Notes: generated by a model not told the origin, from the letters alone. Shown: positions 41,162-52,161, counted from the first letter of the stretch. The stretch: 64,000 nt of DNA from an uncultured Pseudomonadales bacterium (GCA_943787705.1 CALSNL010000004.1:8158-72157), one strand, 5' to 3'. Numbers and translations: made by a program.

Positions 41162-41192
41162 AATCGCTAACGATTAAAGACAGTTAGCGATT
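41162..41192 (-). terminator. Hairpin spanning the fabV stop codon, followed by T5 and the MBL start codon (terminator/attenuator-like)
   Basis: AATCGCTAA-(13 nt)-TTAGCGATT, a 9-bp stem. On the minus strand it is followed by TTTTT-ATG (the MBL start at 41158). Confidence 0.35.
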
Positions 41193-42364
41193 TTCACATT
41201 CGGATCAACTTCGGCATCATAGTCAACACCATCAATTTCAAAACCGAACAAGTTCATAAACTCGCGTTGATAACCCGCAAAGTCAGAAATTGACATCAGA
41301 TTTTCTGACGTTACCTGCGGCCAATTTTCTTCCACTTCTTTTTGCACATGCGCGGCTAACTCTTTTCTGTCGGCGCGTAAGCGACCTTCATCATCAACAT
41401 AAGGCTCGGCACCGTATAAGCTTTCTTTTAATAAGCCATACACCTGCTCAATACAACCTTCATGCGTGCCTTCCGCCTTCATCACTTTAAACAATAATGC
41501 TAAATACAAAGGCATAACCGGAATAGCCGAACTCGCCTGTGTCACTACCGCTTTTAATACCGATACGCGAGCATCGCCATTGAGTGTCGACAAACGCTGA
41601 CGAATATTTTTAACGCGTAAATCTAAATCTTGTTTAGCGCGACCAATCGTCCCATGCCAATAAATATCCCAAGTGACTTTTTCGCCAATATAGGTATAGG
41701 CCGTGGTTTTTGCGCCTTCGGCCAATACACCGGCATCGGCTAATGCATCAATCCACATTTCCCAATCTTCGCCACCCATAACAGTAACAGTATTGGCAAT
41801 TTCTTCTTCGGTGGCAGCATCCACTGTCACATCTTCGATAATTTTCTTATCGGTATTCACACAGCGCTGAGTGACACTCTTACCAATAGGCTTAAGCGTC
41901 GAATTAAATACCTCACCCGTTTTCGGGTGTTGACGACGTGGCGATGCCAAGCTGTAAACGACAAGATCAACCTGACCTAAGTCTTCTTTAATAATATCGA
42001 TAGTCTGCTGTTTAACTTCATCAGAAAAGGCATCGCCATTAATGCTTTTAGCGTAAAGCCCTTCTGCTTCGGCATGCTGGTGAAAGGACGCCGAGTTATA
42101 CCAACCCGCAGTGCCTGGCTTTCTTTCAGAACCCGGCTTTTCAAAGAAAATACCCAATGTACTTGAGCCTGCACCAAAAGCGGCGCTAATACGTGAAGCC
42201 AAACCATAACCCGTTGAAGCACCAATCACTAAAACACGCTTAGGCAAACCATCAATTTGGCCCTGCGCTTTCACATAATCGATTTGACGCTTAACATTGG
42301 CATCGCAGCCAGTAGGATGGGTAGTCACACACATAAAACCACGTACACGGGGCTTAATAATCAT
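41174..42364 (-). CDS. fabV: Enoyl-[acyl-carrier-protein] reductase FabV (trans-2-enoyl-CoA reductase family)
   Basis: 396 aa. The [21 protein letters not shown]-terminus and [16 protein letters not shown] are hallmark FabV sequences. Confidence 0.9.
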   Translation of the reverse strand: MIIKPRVRGFMCVTTHPTGCDANVKRQIDYVKAQGQIDGLPKRVLVIGASTGYGLASRISAAFGAGSSTLGIFFEKPGSERKPGTAGWYNSASFHQHAEAEGLYAKSINGDAFSDEVKQQTIDIIKEDLGQVDLVVYSLASPRRQHPKTGEVFNSTLKPIGKSVTQRCVNTDKKIIEDVTVDAATEEEIANTVTVMGGEDWEMWIDALADAGVLAEGAKTTAYTYIGEKVTWDIYWHGTIGRAKQDLDLRVKNIRQRLSTLNGDARVSVLKAVVTQASSAIPVMPLYLALLFKVMKAEGTHEGCIEQVYGLLKESLYGAEPYVDDEGRLRADRKELAAHVQKEVEENWPQVTSENLMSISDFAGYQREFMNLFGFEIDGVDYDAEVDPNVKIANCL

Positions 42365-42506
42365 AGATAAACCTTTAGTCCAATCACTTGAAGTAGCGCT
42401 GCGCTATTGATAACAGTCGATAAAAGCAACATCGATAACAGCAGCTGTTGATAATGGCGATTATTGTCGAAAATACAGTCGAGCAAATAAACGGTGAGGT
42501 ATTATA

Positions 42507-43166
42507 ATGCCCAGCGCCAATGAATACAGCCAAATAATGAGGATTCACTTGTCTAACAACGCGAAATTTGACCCCAACACCGCTGAGATCAACAAAAGCC
42601 CTTTACGCTTTGCCACACCTGCAGAATGGGTGAGCACCGTCATGGCTGATTTCGACACTTTTTTACAAGATCATGCGGCCGCTGAAAAAAAGGCCTCGAG
42701 CATGGCGATGTCGATGATCTCACACTACCCCGACCGTATTGTCTTAGTTGAAGCTATGGCTGAACTCGCCGTAGAAGAGCTAAATCACTTTCGCGAAGTG
42801 GTCAAATGGCTGCATAAACGTGAGCTTCAACTGACTGCCGACAACAAAGATCACTATGTCATTGCGATGCGCAAACATATGCGAAATGGCACCGATGTCT
42901 ACCTTCTGGACCGTTTATTAATAGGCGGCATTATCGAAGCACGCGGCTGCGAACGTTTTGGCATGGTTGCCGAGGCCTTACCTGCTGGAGACTTACAAGA
43001 TTTTTATCTCGCCATTACCGAATCAGAAGAAAAACACTATCAGCTGTTTATTGCTTTAGCGCATCAATACTTCGCTGCCGATGTCGTCAATGAACGCTTA
43101 GATACACTGTTAGATGCCGAAGCAAGTATCACCGCCGATTTAATTATTAGCGCTGCCTTACATTAG
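42507..43166 (+). CDS. miaE: tRNA-(ms2io6A37)-hydroxylase
   Basis: 219 aa. The di-iron helices ..FLQDHAAAEKKAS.., ..EELNHF.., ..EARGCERF.., ..SEEKHYQLF.. are typical of MiaE. Confidence 0.8.
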   Translation: MPSANEYSQIMRIHLSNNAKFDPNTAEINKSPLRFATPAEWVSTVMADFDTFLQDHAAAEKKASSMAMSMISHYPDRIVLVEAMAELAVEELNHFREVVKWLHKRELQLTADNKDHYVIAMRKHMRNGTDVYLLDRLLIGGIIEARGCERFGMVAEALPAGDLQDFYLAITESEEKHYQLFIALAHQYFAADVVNERLDTLLDAEASITADLIISAALH

Positions 43167-43201
43167 AGTTTAGACAAGATGACGCTGAAGATGAATAGCC
43201 T

Positions 43202-44569
43202 GTGAGTAGCGTTAAACAAACGCTAAACCGTTATCTTAACCAGTATGCTGAGCCCGAAGCTAGGCAGCTAAACGGCTTAACAGATCGATTTCAACATTGT
43301 GTCTGCATACCTGCTTACAATGAAGCATCTGCCTTTATTGATCGTCTTGTTACGTTTATTAATCAGCAACCAGCAACGCTTGCTATTATCGTTCTTAACC
43401 GACCCGATAATAGTCAAAGTGAGAATGAATCTAAAACTGAAATTGAAACTGAAATTGAGACTGAAAATCATAACTGTCAAAAAGCACTCACTGAAAAACT
43501 GAGTATCCATTGGCAGCATGAACATATTCAATTACACCACGCGCAGAATCAAAGCGCTATTTTATTAGTTGATCGTTTTGACAAAGGCCCCGCCATTGCA
43601 GCTAAACAAGGTGTTGGCATGGCAAGAAAAATCGCTGCCGATATAGCGCTGCAACTTATGTATCAACAACAAATCAGCGAACCTTGGATTTACTCTACCG
43701 ATGCCGATGTAATCTTACCGGATAATTATTTTGATCGTAGCGGCTCTTTTGTAGAACAGGGTTTAAATAAAAATAGGGGAACGACTCAAGCTTCGCCAAA
43801 CAACATTGCCGCTTATATTCTGAATTACCAACATATACCTACCAACGACCCAGCCATTAATGCAGCCACTCGTCTCTATGAACATAGACTTAACGCCTAT
43901 GTCGACGGCCTGAGCTTTGCAGGCTCACCCTATGCTTTTCAAACCTTAGGCAGCACATTGTGTATTCATGCAAACCACTATGCCATGGTGCGCGGTTTTC
44001 CAAAGCGCGCCGCCGGTGAGGATTTTTACTTACTCAATAAGCTGCGAAAAACAGGGTTTATCGTATCGCTGACAACCCCAACCATTCAAATAGAATCTCG
44101 CATATCGCACCGAACACCTTTTGGTACTGGTTCATCAGTTGATGATATTTTAGCGAATGACGACCCACAACAAGCCGCTATTTTTTATCACCCGCAATTG
44201 TTTATTTTATTGCATGACACGCTGCGCTGGTTGGAATACTTAAGCAATAATGATTTAAAAATACAGAAAAGTAAGGGATGGCAGGAAGCAATAAATACTT
44301 ATAGTGAGTGGGCTAAAGAAGAAAAAACGACAATAACTGAAGCACTAACAGCCATCGATTTTAGTAGTGGCTTCACCCACTGCCTAAACAACAGCCGCGA
44401 TGCAATACAGTTTACACGTCAAATGGAGGCTTGGTTCGATGGCTTCAAAACACTCAAATATTTACATGCATTACGCGATAAAAATAATCTGGGTAATCTA
44501 TCAGAGCAACACTATCTTAAATTATTATCAAAAATAAATAGCGACGCAGGTGCTGTCTCTACATCTTAA
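43202..44569 (+). CDS. Hypothetical GT-A (family 2 glycosyltransferase-like) protein
   Basis: 455 aa with a GTG start. ..CVCIPAYNEASAFIDRL.. and ..YSTDADV.. (DxD-like) suggest a GT-A fold. An internal KTEIETEIETEN repeat is encoded at 43433-43468. Confidence 0.45.
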   Translation: MSSVKQTLNRYLNQYAEPEARQLNGLTDRFQHCVCIPAYNEASAFIDRLVTFINQQPATLAIIVLNRPDNSQSENESKTEIETEIETENHNCQKALTEKLSIHWQHEHIQLHHAQNQSAILLVDRFDKGPAIAAKQGVGMARKIAADIALQLMYQQQISEPWIYSTDADVILPDNYFDRSGSFVEQGLNKNRGTTQASPNNIAAYILNYQHIPTNDPAINAATRLYEHRLNAYVDGLSFAGSPYAFQTLGSTLCIHANHYAMVRGFPKRAAGEDFYLLNKLRKTGFIVSLTTPTIQIESRISHRTPFGTGSSVDDILANDDPQQAAIFYHPQLFILLHDTLRWLEYLSNNDLKIQKSKGWQEAINTYSEWAKEEKTTITEALTAIDFSSGFTHCLNNSRDAIQFTRQMEAWFDGFKTLKYLHALRDKNNLGNLSEQHYLKLLSKINSDAGAVSTS

Positions 44570-45467
44570 AATCTAACGATTCTAAACTGGCATAATCGCC
44601 ATCGCGTCGCTCTTGAGCGGCAGTCATTGCCTCGCTTAAATCTGCCATACGAAACATACCGCCCTGCCATGTAGCCGTATAATTCAAACCATCATCAACA
44701 CCATGGTTGCGTCCATAAGTCAGCATTTCTTTTGTGCCAGCAACCACTAAAGGAGAGTTCGCTGCGATGGATTTTGCTACCGCCATTACCGCAGCTAATA
44801 AACTTTCTTGATCGGGATACACCGCGTTAACAAAACCAGCACTTAAGGCTTCATCGGCTAACATTTTTCGGCTGGTATAAACTAACTCGCGCGCTAAACC
44901 TTCGGGAATTAATTTAGGTAAGCGCTGCAAGGTGCCTAAATCGGCAAGAATCCCTAACTGCGTTTCTTTTACTACAAAAAAACTATCGGCAGTACAGTAA
45001 CGACAATCGGTTGCCGCAATCATATCAATGCCGCCGCCAATACAACCACCCTGTACAGCAGAGAGTACAGGCATGCGACATTGTTCTAACACACTAAGAA
45101 TATTTTGTAGCTGAATAATCCAACGCCTTAATGCCTCGGCACATCGCGCAGGTTCCAAGTCGAAGCGCTCACCCAAATGGGCAAAAACATCTAAATCCAT
45201 ACCGGCAGTAAAATGTTTACCCGTAGAAGAAAGCACAATAACACGCGCTGCAGATGCATGATCAATCGCCTTAACTATACGTGGTAACTCTTCCCAAAAA
45301 TCAGAATTCATACTATTAAATTGATCAGCACGCTTGAGTTCTAAGTGAGCAATATTGTTTTCAATACTCACATTAAAAGCATTGAGATTATCAAATTCAG
45401 GCAATGTCATTATTTTTGACCTCATTAACAGCGCGTTGAGTAGCAACTTAAAAAGCGGCTCTAACAT
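44559..45467 (-). CDS. Enoyl-CoA hydratase/isomerase (crotonase) family protein
   Basis: ..GKHFTAGMDLDVF.., ..GGCIGGGIDMIAA.. The likely true start is the internal Met in MTLPEF (about 45410). Confidence 0.8.
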   Translation of the reverse strand: MLEPLFKLLLNALLMRSKIMTLPEFDNLNAFNVSIENNIAHLELKRADQFNSMNSDFWEELPRIVKAIDHASAARVIVLSSTGKHFTAGMDLDVFAHLGERFDLEPARCAEALRRWIIQLQNILSVLEQCRMPVLSAVQGGCIGGGIDMIAATDCRYCTADSFFVVKETQLGILADLGTLQRLPKLIPEGLARELVYTSRKMLADEALSAGFVNAVYPDQESLLAAVMAVAKSIAANSPLVVAGTKEMLTYGRNHGVDDGLNYTATWQGGMFRMADLSEAMTAAQERRDGDYASLESLDFKM

Positions 45468-45730
45468 TAGATTTTATTCAGTCTACTCTAAACTCGATTA
45501 ACTTAGCCAGTTTATAAATCGTAAGTAGTAAAAAGCTAAGCCTATTAAAGCCTTATTCGTACCAAGATATAAGCAATGACTGGATTTTATGCAAAGCGTA
45601 TTAAAAAGCATCGAAATATCATGGCTAAGATTGCAAGCAATTAATTTTCGATCGTATTAGACTAACCCTATAATGATTCAATACGAGCATCTTATTAACA
45701 AATAAACGTCGTGAACAAAGGCAGCCTAAT

Positions 45731-46555
45731 ATGAAAAATAAAAAAATGACCAATCAACAAGCAGCCGAAAGTATCGCTAACAAAACAGTTATGAATGCGG
45801 ATGATAGCTTTGTTTGGCCACCGCAATTTGACTCCATAGAAGCTGAACGATTGCATAGAAAACAGCGTCTTACCGCCGCATTACGACTGTTTGGTAAATT
45901 TGGTTTTGATGAAGGCGTTGCTGGTCACATTACCGTTCGTGATCCTGAACAGCCTGATTGTTTTTGGGTTAACCCCATGGGCGTTTCTTTTAAGCAGGTC
46001 TGTTTATCACAGCTGTTACTCGTTGATCATCAAGGCAAGGTATTAGAAGGCAATGGTTTATTAAATGGCGCAGCTTTTACCATTCATAGCCATATTCATA
46101 GCGCCAGGCCCGATGTGATTGCAGCAGCCCACTGCCATTCTATTTATGGTAAAAGCTGGTCATCTCTCGGTAAACATTTAGACCCCATATCTCAAGATGC
46201 TTGTGCCTTTCATAACGATCACGCATTGTTTGAAGAATTCTCTGGTGTTGTCTTAGACATGTCAGAAGGTGAAGCCATTGCCAAAGCATTAGGTGACAAC
46301 AAAGCCTGCATTTTACAAAATCATGGACTAATGACGGTGGGAGGCAGTATTGAAGCCGCTGCATGGTGGTACTTTACAATGGAACGTTCTTGTCAGGCAC
46401 AGTTATTAGCAGAAGCCGCTGGCACACCTAAAGTAATTCCTGATGCTATTGCTAAAAGCACTTATGATACGGTTGGCTCTGAATTAGCCGGCTGGTTTAG
46501 CTTTCAACCTTTATACAATGTTATTGTCGCCGAACAACCGGATATGTTTGACTAA
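45731..46555 (+). CDS. Class II aldolase/adducin-domain protein
   Basis: 274 aa. ..GVAGHITVRD.., ..HSHIHSARPD..AAAHCHS.. are metal-binding His motifs of the class II aldolase fold. Confidence 0.8.
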   Translation: MKNKKMTNQQAAESIANKTVMNADDSFVWPPQFDSIEAERLHRKQRLTAALRLFGKFGFDEGVAGHITVRDPEQPDCFWVNPMGVSFKQVCLSQLLLVDHQGKVLEGNGLLNGAAFTIHSHIHSARPDVIAAAHCHSIYGKSWSSLGKHLDPISQDACAFHNDHALFEEFSGVVLDMSEGEAIAKALGDNKACILQNHGLMTVGGSIEAAAWWYFTMERSCQAQLLAEAAGTPKVIPDAIAKSTYDTVGSELAGWFSFQPLYNVIVAEQPDMFD

Positions 46556-46586
46556 CTGTATGCTCCACTAACAAGGCAGCTTAGCT

Positions 46587-47168
46587 ATGAATGAGAAAGA
46601 TGCACCTCGCGCTTTATTTACCAAAATGGAAGATGGCACAAAAGAAGATTGGTCATTAATTATTGATGCTTCTCTGCACTTTTTTACTGGCGCAACTGAA
46701 CGCATTGTTAGTCACTTAAAATTATTGCATGGCGGCTACGGTGGCTTTGCCGTTGATAGATTAGAACACAGCTTACAAACTGCATCGCGTGCGTTTCGTG
46801 ATGGACGTGATGAGGAATATGTCGTCTGCGCCCTACTCCACGATATTGGCGATACTTTAGCACCGGCCAATCATGCCGATATGGCTGCCACTTTGCTGCA
46901 ACCTTTTGTTTCCGAAAAAAATTACTGGATGGTCAAACACCATGGTATTGTCCAAGGCTATTATTTTTTTGAGCATTTGGGTTTAAATAAGAACTTGAGA
47001 GATAGCTTACGAGAGCATCCGTACTATTCAGCTACTGAGGAGTTTTGTCGCGTCTATGATCAAGTCTCGTTTGATCCTAACTATGAATCAATGCCGCTAG
47101 AAGCATTTACTCCCCTGCTTGAGAGTGTGTTTTCTGCGCCTAAAAAAAGCATTTACACTTCGGACTAA
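46587..47168 (+). CDS. HD-domain metal-dependent phosphohydrolase/oxygenase-superfamily protein
   Basis: 193 aa: ..LEHSLQTA.. and ..ALLHDIGD.. (H...HD). Confidence 0.65.
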   Translation: MNEKDAPRALFTKMEDGTKEDWSLIIDASLHFFTGATERIVSHLKLLHGGYGGFAVDRLEHSLQTASRAFRDGRDEEYVVCALLHDIGDTLAPANHADMAATLLQPFVSEKNYWMVKHHGIVQGYYFFEHLGLNKNLRDSLREHPYYSATEEFCRVYDQVSFDPNYESMPLEAFTPLLESVFSAPKKSIYTSD

Positions 47169-47184
47169 TTTTTTAAATTAAAAA

Positions 47185-47218
47185 AACAAGATTGCTGGTC
47201 AGTACCAACAATCTTGTT
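47185..47218. terminator. Bidirectional terminator between the HD-domain gene and the porin-like gene
   Basis: AACAAGATTG-(14 nt)-CAATCTTGTT, a 10-bp stem flanked by A6 and T4. Confidence 0.75.
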
Positions 47219-47228
47219 TTACAAGGCA

Positions 47229-48032
47229 TTATAGACGGAAAGACACATCCAGAATAAAGGCGTTAGTATCAATATTATCTTGATCAGAAACAGAATAAGT
47301 GACCGCCGCTTTTAAGTTAGGCTTGAAAAACCACTCTGCAAACGCAAAAACTCTGTCATCATCCTCATCGGCAAGCGAAACATCAAAGCCTGCTCCGATA
47401 CCAAACTGAGACGTTGGGTACACTGCCGCTGAAACTGCGATACCAAACTGCTCATTATCTGTTAATGTATCTGCCATTGAAAAACTACCTTCAATAGCAA
47501 AGCCAACATCACCTGTACCTACATGCGATACCGATAAGGCAAGCGTTTTTTCTTGAGCCTCAATTTGTTTATATTTTTCACGAGCATACTGAAACGATAT
47601 TTCTGTTGTTTCAGCAACATAAAAACCAACGCTGGCTACAAGCTCATCACTAATGGCGCCGCCAGAAGTAGTGTCAGTAAACGAATAATCAAGACCTAGC
47701 GTTAATCCCATATCATTATCGCGCCAATCTATAGCTACGTTCGCTATATCAGTATCTGCTTCGCCATCAATCACTGAATAACCGAGAGTATAGCTAGAGG
47801 CACGACTAATAAATGCCGCCTTACCTAGTGGACCTACAGAAGTATCCACTTCAGAGAAAAACACCTGCTGTGAAATGCCAAACTGATCTACGTTACTTTT
47901 CTGACCTTCTGCGTCTATGTCAGCCGTCAAATAACGTCCTGAGAATTCAGAGCTATAATTTTCAGCACTACTCATTTGAGCCAAGGCACTAAACACTGTG
48001 ACTGCAACCACTTGGTAAAATTTATTATTCAT
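47229..48032 (-). CDS. Outer-membrane beta-barrel (porin-like) protein
   Basis: 267 aa with a signal peptide (..ALAQMSSA), alternating amphipathic beta-strand pattern, and an aromatic residue near the C-terminus (..DVSFRL). Confidence 0.55.
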   Translation of the reverse strand: MNNKFYQVVAVTVFSALAQMSSAENYSSEFSGRYLTADIDAEGQKSNVDQFGISQQVFFSEVDTSVGPLGKAAFISRASSYTLGYSVIDGEADTDIANVAIDWRDNDMGLTLGLDYSFTDTTSGGAISDELVASVGFYVAETTEISFQYAREKYKQIEAQEKTLALSVSHVGTGDVGFAIEGSFSMADTLTDNEQFGIAVSAAVYPTSQFGIGAGFDVSLADEDDDRVFAFAEWFFKPNLKAAVTYSVSDQDNIDTNAFILDVSFRL

Positions 48033-48158
48033 GGTATTTCTCCTTTAAAATATAAAAAGTATGCATGCCACTGAGCGCGACAAAAAGTAAATCATTATTT
48101 TTTTAATCAGTAAAACAAATTTAGATATTAAATTTTATAATTATTAACGAATCAACAC

Positions 48159-49373
48159 TTACAAAGTATCAATCCCTCGCTGCAAATCTATTAGTAAGTC
48201 ATCTAGTGCTTCAAGGCCAACGGCTACACGAATTAAATTATCAGTTATGCCTGCTGTGGCGCGCGCCTCTGGCGACAAACGACTATGTGTTGTCGTAGCC
48301 GGATGAACAATCGTTGATTTCGCATCCCCTAGATTAGCGGTTAAAGAAATCAACTGTGTCGCTTCAATAAAACGCCAAGCAGCGGCTTGATCACCCTTTA
48401 CTCTAAAAGATAAAACGCCCCCAAATTGACTTTGCTGGGTTTTCGCCAAGGCATGACCTGGATGTGATTCTAAGCCTGCATAAAAAACGGCTTCAATCTG
48501 CGCTTGTGATTCTAACCAATGAGCAATGGCTAAAGCACTGTCAGAATGTGCTTTCATACGTAAATGCAAGGTCTCTAAACCTTTTAAGAAAACCCACGCA
48601 TTAAAGGGGCTCATGCTCGGTCCGCCTGCGCGCACGACATTGCGGACTGGCTCAATATACTCTGCACTACCCACAACAGCCCCGCCTAAACAACGACCTT
48701 GGCCATCAATATACTTTGTTGCCGAATGAATAATAATATCAGCACCTAGCGATAGAGGAAGCTGAAGTGCCGGTGAACAAAAACAATTATCAACCGCAAA
48801 TAAAATATTATTCTCTTTTGCTAATGCTGATAACGCACGAATATCGCCAATTTCATTCAATGGATTAGAGGGTGTTTCAATAAAAAACAATTTCGTATTG
48901 GCCTGAACAGCATCACGCCAGCTATTGAGATCGGTTAATTTAACATAACTGATTTCAACACCAAACTTAGCAAAAAAGTTATTCAATAAAACAACGGTAG
49001 AACCAAACACATCACTTGAACAAACAATATGATCACCGGCACTTAAATGCGCTAGACACATGCTCATAATTGCGCCCATGCCCGATGAAGTAGCGATGCA
49101 ATCTTCAGCGCCTTCCATCGCCGCTAAGCGCAGCTCAAAGTTTCTAACCGTTGGATTGGTATAACGCGAATAAACACTACCTTCGACATCACCTGAAAAA
49201 CGCGCTTGCGCATCGGCACAGTCTTTAAAGACATAACTTGATGTTAGAAACAGTGCTTCTGAATGCTCGTCTTCATTAGTCCGAGACTGCCCCGCACGCA
49301 CGGCCAATGTTTGGCTTTGAGCGCCCTCTAAGGCTTTCGCTAATGTGTCTTTTGTATCATGCGTTTTTGACAT
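48159..49373 (-). CDS. metZ: O-succinylhomoserine sulfhydrylase
   Basis: 404-aa Cys/Met-metabolism PLP enzyme (..HSATKYIDGQGR.. PLP-Lys). Its position next to purF matches Pseudomonas. Confidence 0.8.
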   Translation of the reverse strand: MSKTHDTKDTLAKALEGAQSQTLAVRAGQSRTNEDEHSEALFLTSSYVFKDCADAQARFSGDVEGSVYSRYTNPTVRNFELRLAAMEGAEDCIATSSGMGAIMSMCLAHLSAGDHIVCSSDVFGSTVVLLNNFFAKFGVEISYVKLTDLNSWRDAVQANTKLFFIETPSNPLNEIGDIRALSALAKENNILFAVDNCFCSPALQLPLSLGADIIIHSATKYIDGQGRCLGGAVVGSAEYIEPVRNVVRAGGPSMSPFNAWVFLKGLETLHLRMKAHSDSALAIAHWLESQAQIEAVFYAGLESHPGHALAKTQQSQFGGVLSFRVKGDQAAAWRFIEATQLISLTANLGDAKSTIVHPATTTHSRLSPEARATAGITDNLIRVAVGLEALDDLLIDLQRGIDTL

Positions 49374-49458
49374 AATAAAACTTCATTCGCTTTCAAATAA
49401 AATAGTTGCGGTTAATCTATAACCGCAGTGCTAATAAAAAAACTAACTAACCAATTGA

Positions 49459-50991
49459 CTAAGTAGCATCATTATATAAATCAACCACCGCTGATTCATG
49501 TTTAAGCTGATGTTGGTTAACCTCAGCGCTTATTTTTGAGGCATCATTACGACGCTCATGTAACTCATCAAGGTATTGGTTGTCGATATCACCGGTAATG
49601 TATTCGCCATTAAACACTGAACAGTCAAACTGTTTAATATCCGGATTACCTTCACGAGCACAGGCAATAAGGTCTTCAATATCCTGATACACCAACCAAT
49701 CGGCACCAATCTTTTGACGCACTTCATCAACTGTTTTGCCATGAGCAATTAACTCATCAGCAGAGGGCATATCGATACCATAAACGTTCGGGTAGCGAAC
49801 CGGTGGCGCTGCAGAAGCAATATAAACGTTTTTAGCGCCAGCCTCTCTGGCCATTTGAATGATTTCGCAACTCGTTGTACCACGGACAATTGAGTCATCT
49901 ACTAACATCACATTCTTATCTTTAAACTCTAACTCAATAGCATTGAGTTTTTGTCGTACCGATTTTTTTCTCACGCTTTGGCCGGGCATAATAAACGTTC
50001 TGCCAATATAGCGATTCTTAATAAGGCCTTCGCGAAACTTAACATCTAAACGATGCGCTAAAACTTGTGCGGACACACGACTGGTATCGGGAATAGGAAT
50101 AACCACATCGATATCATGCTCAGGACGCAGCGCCATAATTTTATCTGCAAGCTTTTCGCCCATACGCAAACGACATTTATAAACTGAAATATCATCAATA
50201 ATCGAATCGGGTCTGGCAAAGTAAACATGTTCAAAAATACAAGGCGAGTATTCTGCTGTTCTTTCACTTTGATAAAGCGTTAACTCACCCAATGCATTAA
50301 TAAATACTGCCTGCCCAGGCTTCACGTCATCAATACGCTCAAAACCTAATACATCTAAGGCAACGCTTTCAGAGGCAATCATATACTCAGGACCGCGCTC
50401 AGTTTCACGCTTACCATAAACTAACGGGCGAATACCATGCGGATCACGAAAACCAACGACTCCATAATTCGCAATCATTGCAACCACCGCATAGCCGCCA
50501 GAGCAACGACGATGCACAGCTTCAACCGCAGCAAAAACATCTTCATGCGTTGGACGCAACTTGCCAATTTTTTGCAGCTCATGCGCAAACACGTTGAGCA
50601 TCACTTCTGAATCTGAATCAGTATTAATGTGACGTAAATCAGATTGGAAAACCTCACGCATTAAATCTTGCGCATTGGTTAAATTGCCGTTGTGAGCCAA
50701 GGCAATACCATAAGGTGTATTCACATAAAAAGGCTGCGCTAAAGCAGCGCTAGTGCCGCCTGCCGTTGGATAGCGGCAATGACCGATACCAATATTTCCC
50801 GACAATCTATCCATATGGTGCTGACGAAACACATCACTCACAAGGCCATTGCCTTTGCGTTGATTAAAGCGTCCATTCCCAAACGTCATCATACCCGCAG
50901 CATCCTGGCCACGATGTTGTAAAACAGTAAGCGCATCGTAAATCGACTGATTCACGTTGGACTTAGCCACCATGCCAACAACTCCACACAC
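49459..50991 (-). CDS. purF: Amidophosphoribosyltransferase
   Basis: Ntn-glutaminase plus PRTase motifs (..[12 protein letters not shown]..). GTG at 50991 directly precedes the catalytic Cys (M-CGVVGM..), whereas the ORF-track TTG start would add two residues. Confidence 0.9.
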   Translation of the reverse strand: MCGVVGMVAKSNVNQSIYDALTVLQHRGQDAAGMMTFGNGRFNQRKGNGLVSDVFRQHHMDRLSGNIGIGHCRYPTAGGTSAALAQPFYVNTPYGIALAHNGNLTNAQDLMREVFQSDLRHINTDSDSEVMLNVFAHELQKIGKLRPTHEDVFAAVEAVHRRCSGGYAVVAMIANYGVVGFRDPHGIRPLVYGKRETERGPEYMIASESVALDVLGFERIDDVKPGQAVFINALGELTLYQSERTAEYSPCIFEHVYFARPDSIIDDISVYKCRLRMGEKLADKIMALRPEHDIDVVIPIPDTSRVSAQVLAHRLDVKFREGLIKNRYIGRTFIMPGQSVRKKSVRQKLNAIELEFKDKNVMLVDDSIVRGTTSCEIIQMAREAGAKNVYIASAAPPVRYPNVYGIDMPSADELIAHGKTVDEVRQKIGADWLVYQDIEDLIACAREGNPDIKQFDCSVFNGEYITGDIDNQYLDELHERRNDASKISAEVNQHQLKHESAVVDLYNDAT

Positions 50992-51044
50992 GGGCAAACC
51001 CTCTTTTTTAAATAAATAAATTAATAATAGTTAGCAAAACGACT

Positions 51045-51545
51045 CTATAAACCGATTACGTCATGCCGCCACTCAGAGACATCACTAAAGGCTTGCAAGG
51101 CCCAATCTTCGAGCATTAAAAATTGCGGTATCAGCATAGACTCACGCCACCAAAGTTCTTGGTCTATCGCGACTAATGGCGGCACGATAATCAAACACGC
51201 CAATATAACAATGGCGCCACGAAAAATACCAAATACCATACCTAACAATCTATCGGTGCCGCTTAAGCCTGCCACTTTTAACAGCGAAGCGAGTATGCGA
51301 TTAATTAAACCGCCAACCAGCAAGGTACCAATAAATAATAAAATAAAGGCCAAAATCAAGCGCAAGGAATCATTTTCGACACTTGAGGCTAATAGCGCCG
51401 AAAGCTTAGGGCTAAACGCTATACCAATACCAAATGCTGCAATCCAAATAACCAGCGAAATGGCTTCTTTTACTAGGCCTCGCCATAAACTCAATAAGCC
51501 TGAGGCTGAGAGTATGGCGATAATAATCCAGTCGGCACCGTTCAT
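51045..51545 (-). CDS. cvpA: Colicin V production membrane protein CvpA
   Basis: 166-aa membrane protein (MNGADWIIIAILSASGLLSLWRGLVKE..) in the conserved dedD-cvpA-purF position. It overlaps the dedD stop as ATGA. Confidence 0.85.
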   Translation of the reverse strand: MNGADWIIIAILSASGLLSLWRGLVKEAISLVIWIAAFGIGIAFSPKLSALLASSVENDSLRLILAFILLFIGTLLVGGLINRILASLLKVAGLSGTDRLLGMVFGIFRGAIVILACLIIVPPLVAIDQELWWRESMLIPQFLMLEDWALQAFSDVSEWRHDVIGL

Positions 51546-52138
51546 TTCACACTACCAAAGCGTTTAATCATCGGGTCTTTAATGGGCGTCTGAACCTTAA
51601 CCTTCTTAACCACTGCCTCAGCTTTAGCATAAGTCAGTAATGGGCCAATCAATACCGTATAGGGACCTGATGAGCTCGAAATAGCCGGCGTAATATAGGC
51701 CTTATGTTTATTCTTGATTAAGCTGTTGCGCAAAGCATCGGCATTAGACCAACGCTTAAAACGCCCTACCTGTACAACAAAAGAAACCGGTATGCCCTGC
51801 TTATCTAAACGAGGTCTATTGGCATCATTAATTGTATTGGCTGGCTTGCCTGCAATGGGCGCCGGTTTAGCCGTATCGCTAATTAAGGCTTTTAATGGCT
51901 GTTTTTGAGTTGCGGATGGAATCGCCTTTGGCTTTGCCGCAGGTAACACAGGTTTAGGCTTGGCAACCGGCACTTTTTTAACCACGGGCATGGTAGGAAT
52001 AGTCAATGCTGGCGTCTCAAGTGCTTTTCTTTGATCAAAATCAAAAAGCAGCGGCCATAATAGGCCTGCCAATATTAGCAAAACACCTGCACCCACTAAA
52101 CGTTGTTTCAATTCACTGTTCAAATACGCATCACTCAA
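51542..52138 (-). CDS. dedD: SPOR-domain cell-division protein (DedD-like)
   Basis: One N-terminal TM segment, a Pro/Lys/Ala-rich linker and a C-terminal SPOR-like domain (FVVQVGRFKRWSNADAL..). Confidence 0.7.
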   Translation of the reverse strand: MSDAYLNSELKQRLVGAGVLLILAGLLWPLLFDFDQRKALETPALTIPTMPVVKKVPVAKPKPVLPAAKPKAIPSATQKQPLKALISDTAKPAPIAGKPANTINDANRPRLDKQGIPVSFVVQVGRFKRWSNADALRNSLIKNKHKAYITPAISSSSGPYTVLIGPLLTYAKAEAVVKKVKVQTPIKDPMIKRFGSVK

Positions 52139-52161
52139 AGTCTACTATCACGTTTATCAAT

